DNA from: Escherichia phage vB_EcoS-716R1
Length of the DNA stretch: 17,893 nucleotides
Sequence record: ON470621.1
Direction: 5' to 3' (one strand)
The stretch's first letter is position 1, and each line of letters opens with the position of its first letter. A model generated the notes under the pieces. That model saw only the letters and a program-made list of their open reading frames with translations, had not been told where the DNA came from and did no database searches. This document shows positions 16,585-17,893 of the stretch, one piece after another. Position numbers and translations under genes: made by a program.

Positions 16585-16790
16585 CAGAAAAGCCCCTCCG
16601 GAGAGGGGCTGAAGTATAGCCTAATTTCTGTCTGTCGCATGGTGCCAGGGGCCTCCCGGTAAATTCAGCCTGTCTACTGAATTTGCATGTTCTCTGGATC
16701 ATACACTTTGCCAGATGCCCCGCCGCTGAGGGGGATTCACCATGCGATGTAATTTTTAACAAATTCTCCGGCAGCCAGACAATCATCAAG
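16585..16790 (-). repeat. Copy 2 of the same structured repeat unit
   Basis: Same conserved blocks and the identical 20-nt hairpin as copy 1. The internal region diverges with indels, while the ATTCAG/CTGAAT stem is kept with a different loop. Confidence 0.6.
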
Positions 16791-16967
16791 CTGTGGAATT
16801 GTGAGGTATTTAAAAATTTCAACGGGTAACTGATACCCTGCTAATCGCCTGATGCTTTCTTTTTCAGCAACGGGAAAGCAACAACCACACACCCGCCACC
16901 AAAACACCATCAGACAGCACCGACATTATCCGGCTGCTGAAGTCCACCATCACCACCAGAAACAACA

Positions 16968-17025
16968 GGAGTGCAACCACAGCTGCTTAGAAGGCAATTG
17001 CTCTGCCCGGCTGAGCTAACAACGC
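16968..17025 (-). other. Degenerate tRNA-Arg(UCU)-like remnant (D-arm and anticodon arm only)
   Basis: Minus sense TTAGCTCAGCCGGGCAGAGCAATTGCCTTCTAAGCAGC resembles the 5' half of an argU-type tRNA (GCTC/GAGC D-stem, CTTCTAA anticodon loop). No T-arm and no complementary acceptor 3' strand follow. Confidence 0.3.
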
Positions 17026-17125
17026 TGAATACCGATAATGGACCGCCATCGGGGACCCGCCCCCGCACCAACAACCCTGTTATCGTGTCGTCTGCTCTTC
17101 CTGATAAGCTAATGGCGGTTTGTGA

Positions 17126-17201
17126 TGGTGGCCCTTGCTGGATTTGAACCAGCGACCTGGCGATTATGAGTCGCTCGCTCTCACCACTGAGCTAAAGGGC
17201 C
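17126..17201 (-). tRNA. tRNA with CAU anticodon, most like the minor isoleucine tRNA (ileX/ileZ type)
   Basis: Minus sense GGCCCTTTAGCTCAGTGGTGAGAGCGAGCGACTCATAATCGCCAGGTCGCTGGTTCAAATCCAGCAAGGGCCACCA folds as a cloverleaf (7-bp acceptor GGCCCTT/AAGGGCC, GCTC/GAGC D-stem, GCTGG/CCAGC T-stem, encoded CCA). Overall similarity is to E. coli ileX rather than to a Met tRNA, judged from memory. Confidence 0.8.
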
Positions 17202-17237
17202 GGGAGTAGAATAATAACGGTCCGTAATTAATTCCGC

Positions 17238-17262
17238 AATAAAAAACCCGCTCGGCGGCGGG
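17238..17262 (-). terminator. tR'-like intrinsic terminator downstream of the late promoter
   Basis: Minus sense CCCGC-CGCCGA-GCGGG followed by TTTTTTATTG, about 50-70 nt downstream of the pR'-like promoter. Confidence 0.6.
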
Positions 17263-17311
17263 TTGTAGAAACTCTTCTAACGTCAGGCATAAAAAGCCCA
17301 TTATTATGACG

Positions 17312-17339
17312 AATTTACCACAGATTCCGGAAAAATCAA
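17312..17339 (-). promoter_or_regulatory. pR'-like late promoter (Q-dependent late transcription start region)
   Basis: Minus sense TTGATT, 16-nt spacer, TAAATT, immediately downstream of the Q stop codon. Lambda pR' has the same TAAATT -10 hexamer and the same placement. Confidence 0.6.
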
Positions 17340-17344
17340 CCTTG

Positions 17345-17893
17345 TTACCTAGTTACCTTTTTTAACTGCCGCTCAGCCCATGCTTCTTCAATATCAAACC
17401 GGGTCACCAGCGCATCATAGAATTTCTTAACTGTTTTTTCCCATGACGCGCGTGTTATCTGGTTTGTCACCTCGCATATAGCATTAAATGTCTCCGTTGA
17501 TGGTAGTCTTTCATAGCCACGACCACCACAACGCTGGCAGTCTCTGATAACAGGCATACCACGTTTTACCGACTCTTCACGATGAATGGCGACACCACGC
17601 CCACGGCAATCCTTACAGGCGGTGGAAACCTCACCCTTTCCGCCACACTCCGGACAGGCAACTTTTACCACCTCCCTGACTTTTTTCCATTCTTCCCAGT
17701 AAGACGAATACACACCTTTCGTACACTTTGCCCATACCGGCGGCTTACCATCCGGATACTGGACCTTGTTTGTAAAAACTACGCTTTCAATAAATTTTTC
17801 CCCATAGCAACAAGGGCACTGCTTTTTACTCGCTGCGCTGCGGGCATAATCCTCAAAAGCGTACGAATGCGTATTTTCATGAAAGGAGATCAC
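17345..17893 (-). CDS. Q: Late antiterminator Q (lambda Q family); 5' end beyond the window
   Basis: The C-terminal two thirds align with lambda Q (YAFEDYARSAAS, zinc-finger cysteines CPECGGKG...CKDCRGRG...CQRCGGRGYERLP, WEKTVKKFYDALV, ending KVTR). The ORF is open to the window edge at 17893, so the N-terminus is missing. Confidence 0.85.
   Translation of the reverse strand: MISFHENTHSYAFEDYARSAASKKQCPCCYGEKFIESVVFTNKVQYPDGKPPVWAKCTKGVYSSYWEEWKKVREVVKVACPECGGKGEVSTACKDCRGRGVAIHREESVKRGMPVIRDCQRCGGRGYERLPSTETFNAICEVTNQITRASWEKTVKKFYDALVTRFDIEEAWAERQLKKVTR

Noticed and set aside
16110-16790. Possible CRISPR array because of repeated sequence
   Set aside because: There are only two copies, about 200 bp each, diverged, and about 470 bp apart. 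This does not match short identical direct repeats with regular spacers.
16553-16822. 89-aa minus-strand ORF (and the 70-aa plus-strand ORF at 16163-16375) covering the repeat units
   Set aside because: The two repeat copies differ by indels that break any common frame, and the ORFs called over them are on opposite strands. Conservation follows base-paired stems, so the units look like RNA or structured DNA, not protein.
16968-17025. A second intact tRNA (Arg, UCU) next to the CAU tRNA
   Set aside because: Only the D-arm and anticodon arm are recognisable. I could not find a T-arm or a 3' acceptor strand complementary to the 5' end, so I list it only as a degenerate remnant.

Overview
This window is the late (morphogenesis plus lysis) arm of a lambdoid, HK97-type siphovirus prophage of an enterobacterium, with almost every gene on the minus strand. 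Reading right to left: a lambda-like Q antiterminator (5' end outside the window), a pR'-like late promoter and tR'-like terminator, a tRNA with a CAU anticodon, a degenerate tRNA-Arg-like remnant, a CA/GU strand-skewed tract, two diverged copies of a ~200-bp structured element, a low-GC island carrying one opposite-strand ORF, then the lysis cassette (S21-type pinholin, an unrecognised 116-aa gene, SAR endolysin, Rz with embedded Rz1) and a plus-strand bor lipoprotein gene. Further left are an HNH endonuclease, small and large terminase subunits, portal, a frameshifted prohead protease, HK97-fold major capsid protein, head-tail joining proteins, major tail protein with an Ig-like C-terminus, the G/GT tail chaperone pair with an intact -1 slippery site, tape measure protein and a lambda M-like minor tail protein. 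The most interesting candidates for undescribed biology are the unrecognised gene wedged between holin and endolysin, the pair of sRNA-like repeat units, and the low-GC island sitting where Shiga-toxin phages carry stx. All calls rest on reading the sequence and the supplied ORF translations against remembered protein families; no database search was run.
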